DNA of 64,000 nucleotides from Minutocellus sp. GHC0000111. Its lineage: Eukaryota. The notes below the pieces were generated by a model, which did no database searches, was not told the DNA's origin, and saw only the letters and a list, made by a program, of their open reading frames with translations. Of the stretch, positions 35,001-47,600 are shown in pieces. Every line of letters starts with the position of its first letter. Within the stretch, counting starts at the first letter, position 1. Made by a program: the position numbers and the translations under genes. The stretch spans positions 1,612,001 to 1,676,000 of the forward strand of contig OZ361256.1 of NCBI GenBank assembly GCA_977018835.1, written 5' to 3'.

Positions 35001-35518
35001 CGTGCTTAAGACCAAACGTTTACACGTGTACACATACGAATTCAAGACCATCAATAAAAAAAGAATATTGCCGTGTGCCGTCTCGTTTCCCCCGGCCAAA
35101 GCCCCAAATAAATGGGTTGTGCCAACTCAAATGCATAATTATAATAAATACAGTACAGAAAGTAATGATACTACGTACACATGTACTGGAAACTAACTTA
35201 CGTGTAACTTGTACCATTGGCTTCATTTTTATTTGAACAAAAATGGCTACATGTAGATTTGAGTAGATTGATGCATATCATTAGCAGCTACAGCAGCTAC
35301 CATGTCATGTACACAGCCATGTTTCGATACCCGAATGGCGTTTCTTCGCTTTGTACATGTGATATCGTAAACCAACAAACCCCATAAACTTAGCGCTTAC
35401 TTTTACCGGCACAACATGGATTCAAAACAGAGAACACTTCTTAGAACATCATGTCAAATCTCTAGCTAGGCGACTAGCTAGAATCAAACATATGCAGTGA
35501 GCTTTCCTTGCTTCATTA

Positions 35519-36235
35519 TCAACGGGCACCTCTGTTGTTGTTGCTCCCGCTGGAATTACAGCTTCGCCCCAGCGCAAAGCTCAAAACAGAAAGAGCGATA
35601 CTAATGGAGATCCAAGCGGCTGCTCCAGGAATCAATCCATTCTTCTCCTTGCACTCACTTTCACAATCATTATCTACATTGGTAATCTCCTTGTAACGTT
35701 TCAATTTCCCCGGCGGCGAATCACTGCTTTTCGAGTAACTTTGCTCAACAAGAGATCGATAGGGAGAATAAAACCAGGCACGAAATTCAGAGCTTGACCC
35801 TTGTCTCCCTTCCCACCACTCTGCCATTACTGTGTCAGCGACAAAGTAAAAGATATGGGGGGTGTAGGGCGGTATCTCCACATATTGCTTAGATCCATAT
35901 GTCACCTTCTTCGTTGAGCCATCCTCCAGAAGCGTCCACACCTCGACAAAGCCGGCAAAGACAAAATCGCATTGAAAGTTTGCATGGATGTCGCCGCTTC
36001 GCATCACCCCTTTCCTGGTGTAAAGTATATTGATTCGTTCTGGTAGACCGTGTTTGTGATCATCACCGACCGAAATCTTGGTGTTGCAAATCTCCCCTCG
36101 GCCATCCACGTAAGAACTTGGCGTTGGGATCGGTTCGTTGACTGCGTTGGTAGGATTGACAACATTGGGAGAACCGAGAAGCTCCTTTGAACCAACGAGG
36201 GCACCGTCCGAAGGGAAGAGAAAATTTGCACTCAT
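35519..36235 (-). CDS. Hypothetical cupin-like protein with C-terminal TM helix
   Basis: DGRGEI...RSGDIH...YVEIPPYTPHIFYF has cupin-like His spacing, and WISISIALSVLSFALG is a hydrophobic tail. The start may lie further upstream. Confidence 0.6.
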   Translation of the reverse strand: MSANFLFPSDGALVGSKELLGSPNVVNPTNAVNEPIPTPSSYVDGRGEICNTKISVGDDHKHGLPERINILYTRKGVMRSGDIHANFQCDFVFAGFVEVWTLLEDGSTKKVTYGSKQYVEIPPYTPHIFYFVADTVMAEWWEGRQGSSSEFRAWFYSPYRSLVEQSYSKSSDSPPGKLKRYKEITNVDNDCESECKEKNGLIPGAAAWISISIALSVLSFALGRSCNSSGSNNNRGAR

Positions 36236-36713
36236 TGAAGATCTGTCAACGCCACACGGCACCGGAAAACACGCGGAAAAGAGCACGCTCCTTCCCACAA
36301 TAACGAAAAGAACACCCAGAAGCCCGGATACCCGCGAGGGGGATGCAAGATATACTAGAAACAGTAAAGATACGGGATGATGGTTCGCAAGGAACGTCGT
36401 GATCAGGTGGCTGGCGAGCCGCATGCAGTAGATGACCTTCACAACACCCCGAAATCGACAAGAGGATGCCACGATGGCAACTCCTGACTCGACTCGCTCG
36501 AGAAATATGTCGGCCCCGAACGCCGAGGAAGCACCCACGTCTCGCCACAGTCAGTAGTTGCTCGCGGCGGCAGTCAGGCAAAGAGCGAATTCCAATCGAC
36601 ATAATTTCCAATACCCCTCACTGTTTTAGGCGGTTGAGACAATTGGTTGAGAGGTATCACGAAAAAGCACCAGCATTACAGTCAGGCCTCAACTACGTAG
36701 TAGACAACCAACG

Positions 36714-38486
36714 ATGAAGCAACACCCACGCTCCAGCACAGCGATCCTTTTTATCCTTGTGGCAGCAATTGTCAACAACGCCACTCCTGCCTCGGCATTT
36801 ATCGGCATCCAAAGCAAAACAAATCCTTCTCGCCCTTCCTCCGTTGCATCCCAACATGATCACCGGCTGATTAAAGTTCCACCGACGGCGTCAACAACAA
36901 CCTCCCTTGAAATGACCGGCGGTGGAGGAGGGCTGTTTGCCTCGGCCAGCGAGGCAGTTGCCCCTCTCTTCACCCCCATGGTCCGCCGGATGCTCCTTGT
37001 TTTGGGTGCGGCCTATCTTGTCCTGACCAAACGGCTAAACAAGATTCTTTATCCAGGATCTGGCAGCGACCCAACTTCGGATGCGCCCCTTCCGCCAGGA
37101 TCCTTAGGCTGTCCATTCCTTGGAAAGAACGTCATGGCCGGATCGACCGAGTATGGGCCGACTGTATTCTTCAACAACGCCCGAAAGAAATTGGGAAACC
37201 CATCCATATTCAAATCCTTCGCCTTTGGATTGCCCATGGTGAGCGTATCTGGCAAGGAAAATATCAAGAGTGTCCTCAAGGACGAGTTCAGTCCCACGGG
37301 GGTCAACACGATGATGGTATCAGACAATCTCGGATCCATATTTGGATTTGAGAGTCTGCTGTATGAAAAGGATAAGATGGAGCACGCATCGCTTCGACGA
37401 CTCGTGGGTTCGGCCATGAGCCCAACCTCAATTGCTGCGGCCGTTCCTTCCATCCAGGCCGCTGCCGATGCTCAAATGGAAAAGATCCTTTCGGCTGATA
37501 CCATTGAAATGGAAGATGTTTGCAACGATTTTACTCTAGATGTGGCATGGAGGACGATACTCGGCCTGGATCTTGTTGGAGAAGACGAGGTTCACACATT
37601 CCACACAATGGTCAAGGGGTGGATATCTGGTATGTTCAATCCTTTCTTTCTTTTGCCCTTTCGCTTCCCATTTATGAAACAAACCAAAGCCTACAAGGGT
37701 CACCAGTACCTGGTGTCCAAGGTCGAAGAGAAGCTCGCAGATCTAGAGAAGAATGGACCCGATGGGTCGACGCTCAGTGCGATGTATTTTACCGAGGACA
37801 CAGAGGACAATTCAAAAAGACTTACCCACCAGCAGGTTATAGACAACAGCTTGATACTAATCATTGCCGGATCCGAAACTAGCGCATCAACTCTGACCTG
37901 CGCTTCACTTATATTGGGACTTCATCCTGATGTGTGGGCAAAGGTCAAGGAAGAACAGCAAACTATTCAATCCCAGTATGGGGACGGACTTACAATAGAA
38001 ATTTTTGACGAGTGTACGTACCTCGATTCCGTTCTGAAAGAAATTCTTAGAATCAAACCGATTGAAGGAATGGAATTCCGAAAGACCGAAAAGACCCTTG
38101 TTGTCGACGGGAAGCAAATTCCTAAGGGATGGTTGATATTCAACAACGTGAAAGCGACGCATGTCAACGACCCCGTCCTTCAAACCGATGACGAGTCACA
38201 CATGGATGTCCGAAAGGGATTCAATCCTGACAGGTGGAACGACGAGGCCACCAAACCGTCGGTTTGGCTTCCCTTTGGAGAAGGCGGGAGACGCTGCCTT
38301 GGAGAAAGACTCGCCATGACGGAGATGAAGATCTTTTTTGCCACCCTTGCGCGAAAGGTTGACTACGATCTTGTCAATGTAAAGTCTTCAGACGATGAGA
38401 TCAAATGGAAGAAGATGACCGCAATGGCGAGGCCCCTCGATGGCGCTGAAATCAAGCCAAGAGCTGCTGTGCCTTTGTCCCTTTAG
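36714..38486 (+). CDS. Cytochrome P450 (CYP120/CYP26/CYP85-clan-like), predicted plastid-targeted
   Basis: Signal peptide with an ASA-F cleavage motif, LPPGSLGCP, AGSETSAS, EILR, PDRW and heme motif FGEGGRRCLG. Confidence 0.92.
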   Translation: MKQHPRSSTAILFILVAAIVNNATPASAFIGIQSKTNPSRPSSVASQHDHRLIKVPPTASTTTSLEMTGGGGGLFASASEAVAPLFTPMVRRMLLVLGAAYLVLTKRLNKILYPGSGSDPTSDAPLPPGSLGCPFLGKNVMAGSTEYGPTVFFNNARKKLGNPSIFKSFAFGLPMVSVSGKENIKSVLKDEFSPTGVNTMMVSDNLGSIFGFESLLYEKDKMEHASLRRLVGSAMSPTSIAAAVPSIQAAADAQMEKILSADTIEMEDVCNDFTLDVAWRTILGLDLVGEDEVHTFHTMVKGWISGMFNPFFLLPFRFPFMKQTKAYKGHQYLVSKVEEKLADLEKNGPDGSTLSAMYFTEDTEDNSKRLTHQQVIDNSLILIIAGSETSASTLTCASLILGLHPDVWAKVKEEQQTIQSQYGDGLTIEIFDECTYLDSVLKEILRIKPIEGMEFRKTEKTLVVDGKQIPKGWLIFNNVKATHVNDPVLQTDDESHMDVRKGFNPDRWNDEATKPSVWLPFGEGGRRCLGERLAMTEMKIFFATLARKVDYDLVNVKSSDDEIKWKKMTAMARPLDGAEIKPRAAVPLSL

Positions 38487-38668
38487 ATATTTAGAGAAAA
38501 TCCCCAGCACATACATTCTTCACAGAACGCACGAATTAGATCTATTATTGCATATTTATTTGTTATACAGAAATTAGTCGTGGCGTAATGCACCGCCAAG
38601 CTAAAAAAATTTGGTTATGCGGAGGTTTGGTTCTGTCCCTGAGACCTAAGACTCGCTCCGCCCCTCAG

Positions 38669-41600
38669 TCAAACGGGATCTCCGATTGAAGTGAAATGTG
38701 AATCTGGCGGGAGATTCTTTACCAAAACCTTTGATGGGTTGTACGGTAATCGTTCGGAGGTTTTGCAGTCTCTAGTCTTGAAATTTCTCTCAACTTTGTT
38801 CCGGAAAAAGTTCCTCCAAGCGCACTCGAAGCTGACAAGTCTGTTCTTATTGGCGTCCGAGTCAACTTCTCGTTTGTAGCTATGGATGAAACTATCTGCG
38901 TCCTTTCGTGAAAGGATGAGATAAAAATAGACATAATCTGCGGGTTTGATCCCAAATTCAAACACTTCCCCCTTCTTGTCCTCGTCGCCGCATAATGTTA
39001 CGTAAAAAGTAAACAATTCCGAAACAGTGACGTCGAATCCGTAAGTATATTCACACCTTTCCATTAGCCTTTGTCTCGCAAGAAATTCAATAAAGGGCCT
39101 GATGATCGCATAAATGATATAGATCCCAAGCGCGCCTCGATATTGTTCAAGTTTGATGCTGAACTTGGAGGCTCCATCAACGATAACATCGGTTGACTTT
39201 TCTTTTTTGGCTTTTCCCACTTTGCTCTTCAGTTTCCGTAGGAAGAATGACATTTCATACGTAACTTCTCTCACAAGTATCCAATTGTCACTGCCCTTTT
39301 CCGGGGGATGACTTTCTCTATAGCCCACGGAACGCATGGTTCTTTCTTAACGTCTTTGAAACTTTTGCGCTTTCCCCCACACTGATTGCCTGATTCTGAT
39401 CTTTTGAGCCAGTTCCAGTGTTCTGGCAAAAGGGCCTCTCGTATCACTGCGTGGACATCGTCGCACTGTGACTCTGGCGATTTTGCAAATTCGGTGTCTG
39501 GCTCGACGAGCTCGAACGATCCTTTTCCTCCAGATTGGACAATAGGCCAACTTGAAGTGAAACACCCCGAGTTGCGGTGAGTTATGAGGACCTGGTTCTT
39601 CAAATCCTCGATATTTTGGATTATTGCGCTGAGCGGGTCTGTTGTTGCTGTTACATCAATCCTGAGACCATAGACAAGGTTGAAATCCCGGAAAGAAAGA
39701 AATTCATCAGTGACTCGATCTCGGTCGATTATTGTTTCCACCTCTGTCAACTCGAGTTGGAGCTGTGGGATTGAGGAAAGTGTGAGGCGGAATGAGGGTC
39801 AGTCTCAAGAGGAAAAAACAAATGATGGCATGGAAAAGTAGTAGAATTAAGCGGCTTACCTCTGGCTTGAAATATATGCTGAGGGCGCTGAAAGTAGGAT
39901 CATCAAAAACATTGCCAATCTCCTTGCCCAGGAGGGAAAGTTTTTTCTCCTTTGCTTTCTTTTGGGGGCGGGAGTCAACCCCTTGAGTTTTGCCGAGTCT
40001 GACCCACGCAAAGCTGCCCCCGGTTGAGAACGAAAGAAGAATATCAATGGGAACAAATCTGGTGACGGTTGCATCAATGGGAATCAAAATCGGCGACTTT
40101 ACCGTTTCAACTGGACTGAGTGCTCTCCCACCAGATGACGATACACCGGTGATATTCAAATTTAATTCGTCCGACAATTCACGAAAGAGAGACAAAAGCG
40201 AAGAAGCAATGTCACCGCCAATATCCCGGAAGTCAAGCGATGCATCAAACGAGTATGCGCTGCAAAGATTAATGCTGGAAAGTTCAGGGCAGTCTTCCAG
40301 CCCCATCGCTGCTGCGTACGAATCGAGGAGAGGAATTGGGTAGAGTGTGTACTCGATACAATCACCAATCCCATCTGCAATCTTGCCGAAACTATCAAAA
40401 AAGCTATCGAGCATAGCCTCGCTAGTCTCGAGTACTTTTTGTGCACTGTTCTCGAGTTGAGACAAACTAATGCCGTTGAGATATTCAAAGCCAGCCACAT
40501 TTGGCAAGACACACATAAAATCATCGCAGTCTTCCGGGAGGAGGCTCTCTAGGTCAAATAAGTCGGGCATTCCAAGCTCTGCCATTGGAATCTTACTCAT
40601 CATGTCACCGAGGAAGTCAACTTGGAATAATGATAAGAAGAGATCACCGAACAGATCAAATTCGAGCTGGGTAAATCTATGGAATAACTTTTGTGACATC
40701 TGTTCAATCTTTTCCTGGAAAACATCAACGCCAAAGTCTAGTTTGGGGGGGGGCAACTGGATGTTCAAGGGAAACAGTTTTGCAAGGACGATATCCACTC
40801 CCTTTTCGATTGTTTTGTACAATTCTCCTACGCCCGGGATCCCCAGCAATATGTTGCGCAATCTTTCAAAAAGGTTTCCAATGTCCTCGAGGCCAAAGTC
40901 AAATGTAGAGATCTTGACTGCCGGAAGTTTTATACATATTCTGAAGGGCGTTTTGCCAATGCACTTCTTTTGCCAGGATATTTTTACCGATTTAGGAAGC
41001 TTGATTTTAAAATCCAGAGCGAGCCGAAGTGGGCTGAGAAATCTGAATATCTTTTTTGGTATTTCAAGGGCCTTGCCAAACTTATCGAGAAGCTGTGTAT
41101 GTGCATGTGCGAACAGATCGGACAGATGGAGAGAGATCATGGTAAGTCCTGTTTGGTTTGTCCGCGTTAGAGTTTTCAATAGCGGCCCACATCGATGATA
41201 ATAGAAAATCATTTATGTGCACGCTTAGATACATCCTTTTGGCCTTTTCTTCCAACGAGAGCAACATCATCTACTATGTCTTGAATAGGATCCAGAGCTT
41301 TAGTGGCACCTACAAAAGCATCTTTCATTGCAATTATTGCTGTTGCTGTATCGTCGGCGATAGCGCTGGCAGCAGATTCGCCCTCCATGAAAGAACAGAA
41401 CATGATCTGAATTATTGTATCGCTTGTAGATTTGATCAGAGGCGGTAAGATAGCAAATCCATCCGCCATTGTTTCAAATGTTTCCGCTAGAGTTGTCCCA
41501 TTGTTGTAGATACGATCGAGGGGGTTCTCCAACCGCTCAACTTTCATATTGGCCCTTTAGTCCCTTTTCACTCTTGCTTAGAGTAGGAACAAGTCGCGTT

Positions 41601-44600
41601 GCCTTGATCACTGTAAACGAAGGAAGACAGTTACAGTGAGGAAATAAAAAAAATGGTTACGATGAGCGGTATGCAACCCAGCTTCCTTGCTGGGTGGATT
41701 CAATCATTTCGACCGTCCATTACCAGAGAAGCAAAGAGAGATACTTACCTTGTCCGACATATTGTACTCGTTGAAGAATCTTACAGACAAGGCCCAATGC
41801 TTTTGACGTGCTGGCTCCGTCTTCAAGAACGTCCGAAAGATCGGATACCTAGGTATGGGATCAAGAAAAGCCTTTACAATTTCCAGCACAACACCTGCAT
41901 TTCCTCCAATATCACTCAGGACCCCTTTCAATTGGGAGATGTAGCTCTCTAGGTAGTCGGCGGCTGCAATTAGTTCGCGCGCTCTTGCACCAAAATCACT
42001 CGTAATAAAAATATCAAAGAGAAGGTCCGGATCTGTAATCTCTTCTACGGCAGCTGACGGTTTCACTGCTATCTCGATCGCGTCGCCGCCTCTGCCATAC
42101 ATTTTCCAGCCATTACGAGGGTCCAGACTATTATGATCGCAACCTTCCAAGATAGTGTTGTAGCCACATTGTTCGGGAGAATCCCTTCGTTCAATGCAAG
42201 CTGCACCATTGCTTGATGGAACCCCCAATTCGAACTGTTTCAAGACATTGTTCTCTGGACCAGCGAGCGTCCAGAGTGTGTCTTGGCTTCCTTCATCGCA
42301 TCGCCTGATATCCACAAGATTAGGGAACAACGAATGCCGAGCAAGACACAAGGCGGCATTCGTCGATGGATGGAATCGTTTGGAAATATAGCTGTATTGG
42401 AGCAGTGGAATATTACTGCTGGCGATCGAACAATCTTCGTAGGCGTGATATCCTTGATGCATAACGTTGTCGTCGCACTCTATGTCTGGCGGGTCCAAAT
42501 CGAAACCAGTATTCTTCGCCCAATCCAAGTCTATATCAAAAAATGTTGTAGGAGTAGGACTGCCTTTGCGATACCAGTCAAAGGTGCCGTCTGATCTTCC
42601 TTCCAACAAGCTTTGCTTGGACATGAAACCAAATACATCAATCAATTCCAAATCGTCAGAACCGTCGGGTTTTGCAGCGATGGCAATTGTGAGACCATTG
42701 CTGGTATCAAACTGCTCACCAAGTTGCACATTGATCCGACCATTTTGCCAATCTTGAGGGACAGTGATGGCACTTGTAATGGCAATGAAATATGATTTCA
42801 CCTCGTCCGCATCGCTGTTGCCATACCATATTTGTAGTACTAGATTTTTGTTTGCGTGAATCATCTTGCCGGCCCCATTTGGCGAATATAATTCGACAGA
42901 AGACTCAGACAGCCCTTTCGAAACAGCTGTGATCAGTAAATCATCCTTGGCCGGGTCAAAATGAGCCCAGATCCAAGATCTCGCCGTTGTGCCTACTGAA
43001 TCGGCCCACTCCCCGGCAGAATTGACAGAGGGAGCAATAATGGAGCTAAGCCGGATGACGACGGATCCTCCTTCGGTAGATGACAGTTTGTCAACATCTA
43101 CAAACTCAGAGCTTGTCTCGTCCATGACACCAAGAATTAGATCGTAGCTGCCCGATTGCCGGCTTGCGAGGGCAGATTGACCCTGAGTATCCAGAGTCAC
43201 ATCGCAATTATTATCGGAAGAAGTTGCACAGAGTACAAAGAATCCATCTGGGGGGATCCTTGTGTCCAGGAAGTTGTGTACGGTATCATGCTAGACCCAT
43301 TTCGAAGGTACAAGGCCACGTTGTCCCTGATATATCTGTCGCCGCTTCCACCGAAGAAATACAATTTGATGTAATTTGATGATACTTCTGTGATGACCCC
43401 TTGCCTTCTTGGCGCAGCGAGGCACTTGCCACCATATGCAGAAGATTCCAATTTCATAGGCGAACTATGTTCTCTCGTTGTTAGCTCGCATAATGCGAAT
43501 CGTCGCCAGGCCTGGTTGGTGTCGGATTGGTCGCAGGTCTCAAACGAGAGGGGCGAAGAAAGACTAGAAGTGTCGCTGACCTGCCCCGTCGAAAGACATT
43601 TTCCATTTTGGACGATCCGACCAGATCTCTCGACTTCGAAACGAGAAGAGGAAGTGGTACATGCTGCAGTAGATGCAATTAGCTTGTTGTCGTTGTCTTT
43701 TGCTAGGCACATGATTGAAGGTGCCAACCCTCCGTAGGTCGGAAGTTCGCGCTTGGAGTAGTACTTGAAGTTGGCCGCATCAGCGTTGTCGACCGCACAG
43801 GGAGTGTAGGCTATGAGTCGAAAGTGCATAGTGAACGTTGGGTACATGCTTTAGCACCAAGAAAATATACTTCGCACGTGCTTGGGTAACGGTCCTCGGA
43901 AAAGTCGGGTCCATTTCTCATCAAGTGACATGTTTCCCCTGCAAGATTTCTTTTCGCCGATGACAATGTACTGTCACATGGCTTGAAGATATTATTTCGT
44001 TTCTCATACTGCGCATTGAGAGTGCAACCTTGTCCATCAAAAGTCCCTCCGCAATATTCAAAGCCCACGCATGTGGGATCGTCTTCACAGTGTCGAGCGC
44101 AATCTTCCTCGGTTGTTGACTTCAAAATTCGATAGACAGAATCCTTCCAAATCCGGATTCCTTTGCTTTGAATATTAAAGAAGCCCTGGATTGAAATTAT
44201 TACACGCTCCTTGACCTTTCGCTTGTACAAGGAAGGATCACTCGGGCTCGGAATTTGAACATCAAAGGACCCATATGGCTTGAGAGCTGATTTCCAGGTC
44301 GACCCAGTCTGCATCACGGTGCCCATAGAGTCAATAGTGGAAACAATATCTTCACGCGACATCATAAGGAGGTAGCACCTACTCTGGTTTTCATTCCAGT
44401 TCACTCCGTTGCAAGCCTTGTACAGATCGCATTGGATTTTACAGGATTGATAATCCGAGATCGGCGATCCAGAACTAGAATCTCTTTCAATGAGAGATCG
44501 ATATGCGGAGGGTAACGACCAATTATCGATATAGCTTTCATTGGGTGTTCCCACTTTCTGACGGTAGCCATCATAGAGCCTCTCTGTCTCACTGCCTGAG

Positions 44601-47600
44601 ATCGTCCGAGAAACTCCAACGGTGATCCATTGACGACTACCAAAGAGATACGTCCACGATGTCCGCGCATCGACTTTTTGGCAGTCTTCGAGATTCACAT
44701 CAAAGCCCGATTGCGTAGGAGAGACGGCGGAAAGGCAGGATGAACTAGCCACGTCTTCATCTCTTGTAAGCTTCGTTGGTAGTGATGCAAGTTGCACCCT
44801 TGTGAGTGGGTCATCGCATGATGCAACAAGATCAATATTCGTTGGGGTAGTTCGAATGCATCGACCTTGCTTGGCAAAGAAGAAATTATCACCGTCTCCG
44901 TGTTTCTCCCATTCCTCTCTAGCGTCCCCAACGTTGCAAGGCTGAGTAGAAATATCCGATTCATTCTCTAGAACCAAGCAAAGGTCCCGAAACCAGAAAC
45001 GAAGATGTACAAGGCAGATGCTGTCTTCTTCATCACATCCGCTGATGGTTTCCAATATGAGCTTTTGATCGCTGTAATCGTCGTCCGTCGCATCAATACT
45101 GGGAACAATATTGTCATTTACGTCTAGAGACCAAATCACAGGAACAAGGCTACTGCTCTCGAAGTTTACGGAAATGATCCGTGCTGGTTCGGCCAGCTCA
45201 TCTTCAAAACCGGGGCTCCGTCGTCGGTTGGTATCGTGAAGAAAGGCGTTGCAATCATCCAGAAGAGAACAAGTCGCTGCGCACTCGCGATATGAAATAC
45301 CAGAGATGGCAGTGAAAATACGTTCGGGAATTCCCAGCCAGGTAATCTGATCAATAAAGCTTCTTGTGTTGATGTAGGCTGTAACGTTGGACTGTGGACA
45401 GTTGTCGGCAATGTCGCCTACTTGCGCCAAATATAGTTGACAGACACCACTGCCTCTACCACTTATGTCGGCAATAGAAAAATGGCGGCAAAATGACTGT
45501 GCTTCGCATATCGCCATGCATTCCACATAAGTTTTGTCAACAAAGCTATGCCCTGGCATCGGTTCAGAAAGGCAAGCGCCTGGGGCCTTGACGTAAGGGT
45601 TTGTCGAGTACTTGATGGCCACTACAGCGCCAGCAACATTGCAGGGCTCTATGGAGAGCTGCGATGCTACATTGCTATCGAAGAAGTGACAAGCTTTACC
45701 AGCCTGCAGGGCATAGCCCCTGCAAGAAGGATCGGTAATACACTGAGCCTCGCATGTTTCCTCCGTATCTTGTCCCGCTGCCAGCGAGACAGTAGCAATG
45801 CATTGGCCATAGAGAGGTACGATGGAGTCTGGCGCTTGTTCAAGGAAACGCTCGTAAGAGATATAAAGATCTCTCTGTGTGTCGACACAATCCGACGAGA
45901 ACTAGAAGACAAACAGAAAGAAGGGTAGCGACGAAGAATTGAAAAGAAGTTAGATCACTTCAAACCTATCAGAATAGGAATCCGATACGATGCCAACTTA
46001 GCCTGCTTACCTCCGTTGTGCCATACAACTCGCAGTCGCCGTCTCCTTCATGTTTCATTGAGAAACACCCTTCGAGGGCAAAACATGCTGCCTTGCATGC
46101 TTCAATTGACATATTTTCAAGGGAAATAATGGGACTGTTGGATGCGGGGCAAAACGTATTGTCTAAACGAGTGTAGGGATAGCTGGACTTGTACAGGAAG
46201 AGGGTCAATGGAGAGAGACTGGTACCACCAGTACAATTGGCGACTCTATTCCACGCGGACTCATACAATCGGCAGTCACCGACATCAGTTGAAGACGCCT
46301 GAAAGGCGCGGCAGTCGAACCAGGCATTGCAAAGTGCCGCACACTCTTCCTTCGTCTTTTGTGTGGTGTCAAAACTTAGTGTGTCATAAATGCACCAGTC
46401 TTGATGCGGATCGCCGACGTAGATGTTGTTATCAAAGATAAGATAAGGCTCCACAGTTGCAGCTGGACTACCACCGGAACATTCCGAGTACAATACCAGC
46501 GGATAGTCATTTGAGTTCAAAGATCTTTCGTACATGGCGCACGTACTCAGAGAGCTTTCGTATTCGTATCCACTACAAGCAGGGTCAATTGTGCAGCCTC
46601 GCAACTCAAAGGGGAACTTTCGTTCAGAGTTCTCAGGGGCAACTCATTGCACCAACTCAATGAATTCAGCCCGTCTACCGATCCATCGTTAGTGATAGAG
46701 TTGATGCGCGCAAAGTCAGTCGGCCAAGGTTTGAGGTCGTAAGAAATCCGAAACATTGAATTGGGGGGAAGGTCACATCCACCATCGACAACCGCGAATT
46801 GAGCTGTCGAGTAAAACTTGCAAACAAAGCTTGAAGGCGTCGGTTGGAGATACACAAAACCACAATCGCTGTGGTGATGACAAAATGCCTCGCACTCTTC
46901 CTGTTCGAAAAAGGCAGATGTTTCCATTATGAGGGCCCCTTCGTCGGGGCACCAGCTCTGAACAAGTGCGGTGAAAGGGTAGGAGGGTTTGGCAATGAGA
47001 TCTAGAGTGCCATCCTGTGCAGTTGTTGGAGCATTGTCTTCTTCAAAAAGCATGCACTCGAATGATATCGCTCCACACCCGTGTACAATGTTGCAAATGT
47101 GCTCGCAGAAAACAAGAGAAGGCGGCGCTATTACTGCCAGTTCTCCTTCAATGCCCCGGATGCCCCCGACGTCAATCGAAGATTGAGCATACTTGGAGTA
47201 GGTGCGCTCGGAGTATCTTATCTCGGCCGTGGGATCGGTGTCCGCAAAGTCAACATAACGAAAGCCAGGCTCGAAGTAGTGTATACAAGACGTACTATTG
47301 ACAAAAGCAAATGCACTGCATCGAGATGAGGCGGCGCAGGTTTCTTCGCAACGACTTGGCGAAGTTCGGCCATCAAGAAGGATAGGCGCTCCACGATGAG
47401 CTAATGAGGGGTGCATTAGAGATGCGCCCGGTGCCTCATTGATTGGCAACGGCAGACCAGGATCCCCGAGATACAGTGTACGAGCATCGGGACAGCCAGC
47501 AAATGCAATCTCGATATTCTCAAAAAGGACACATGCACTGTCGTGGACGAACGCAGTACATCTGCAAGGAAGAATGGGTGCAATTTTGGTAACATAGCAG

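Noticed and set aside
28661..38486. Two P450s plus a methyltransferase and a cupin as a biosynthetic gene cluster
   Set aside because: The predicted compartments differ, there is no scaffold-forming enzyme, unrelated genes are interspersed, and HMT is primary metabolism.
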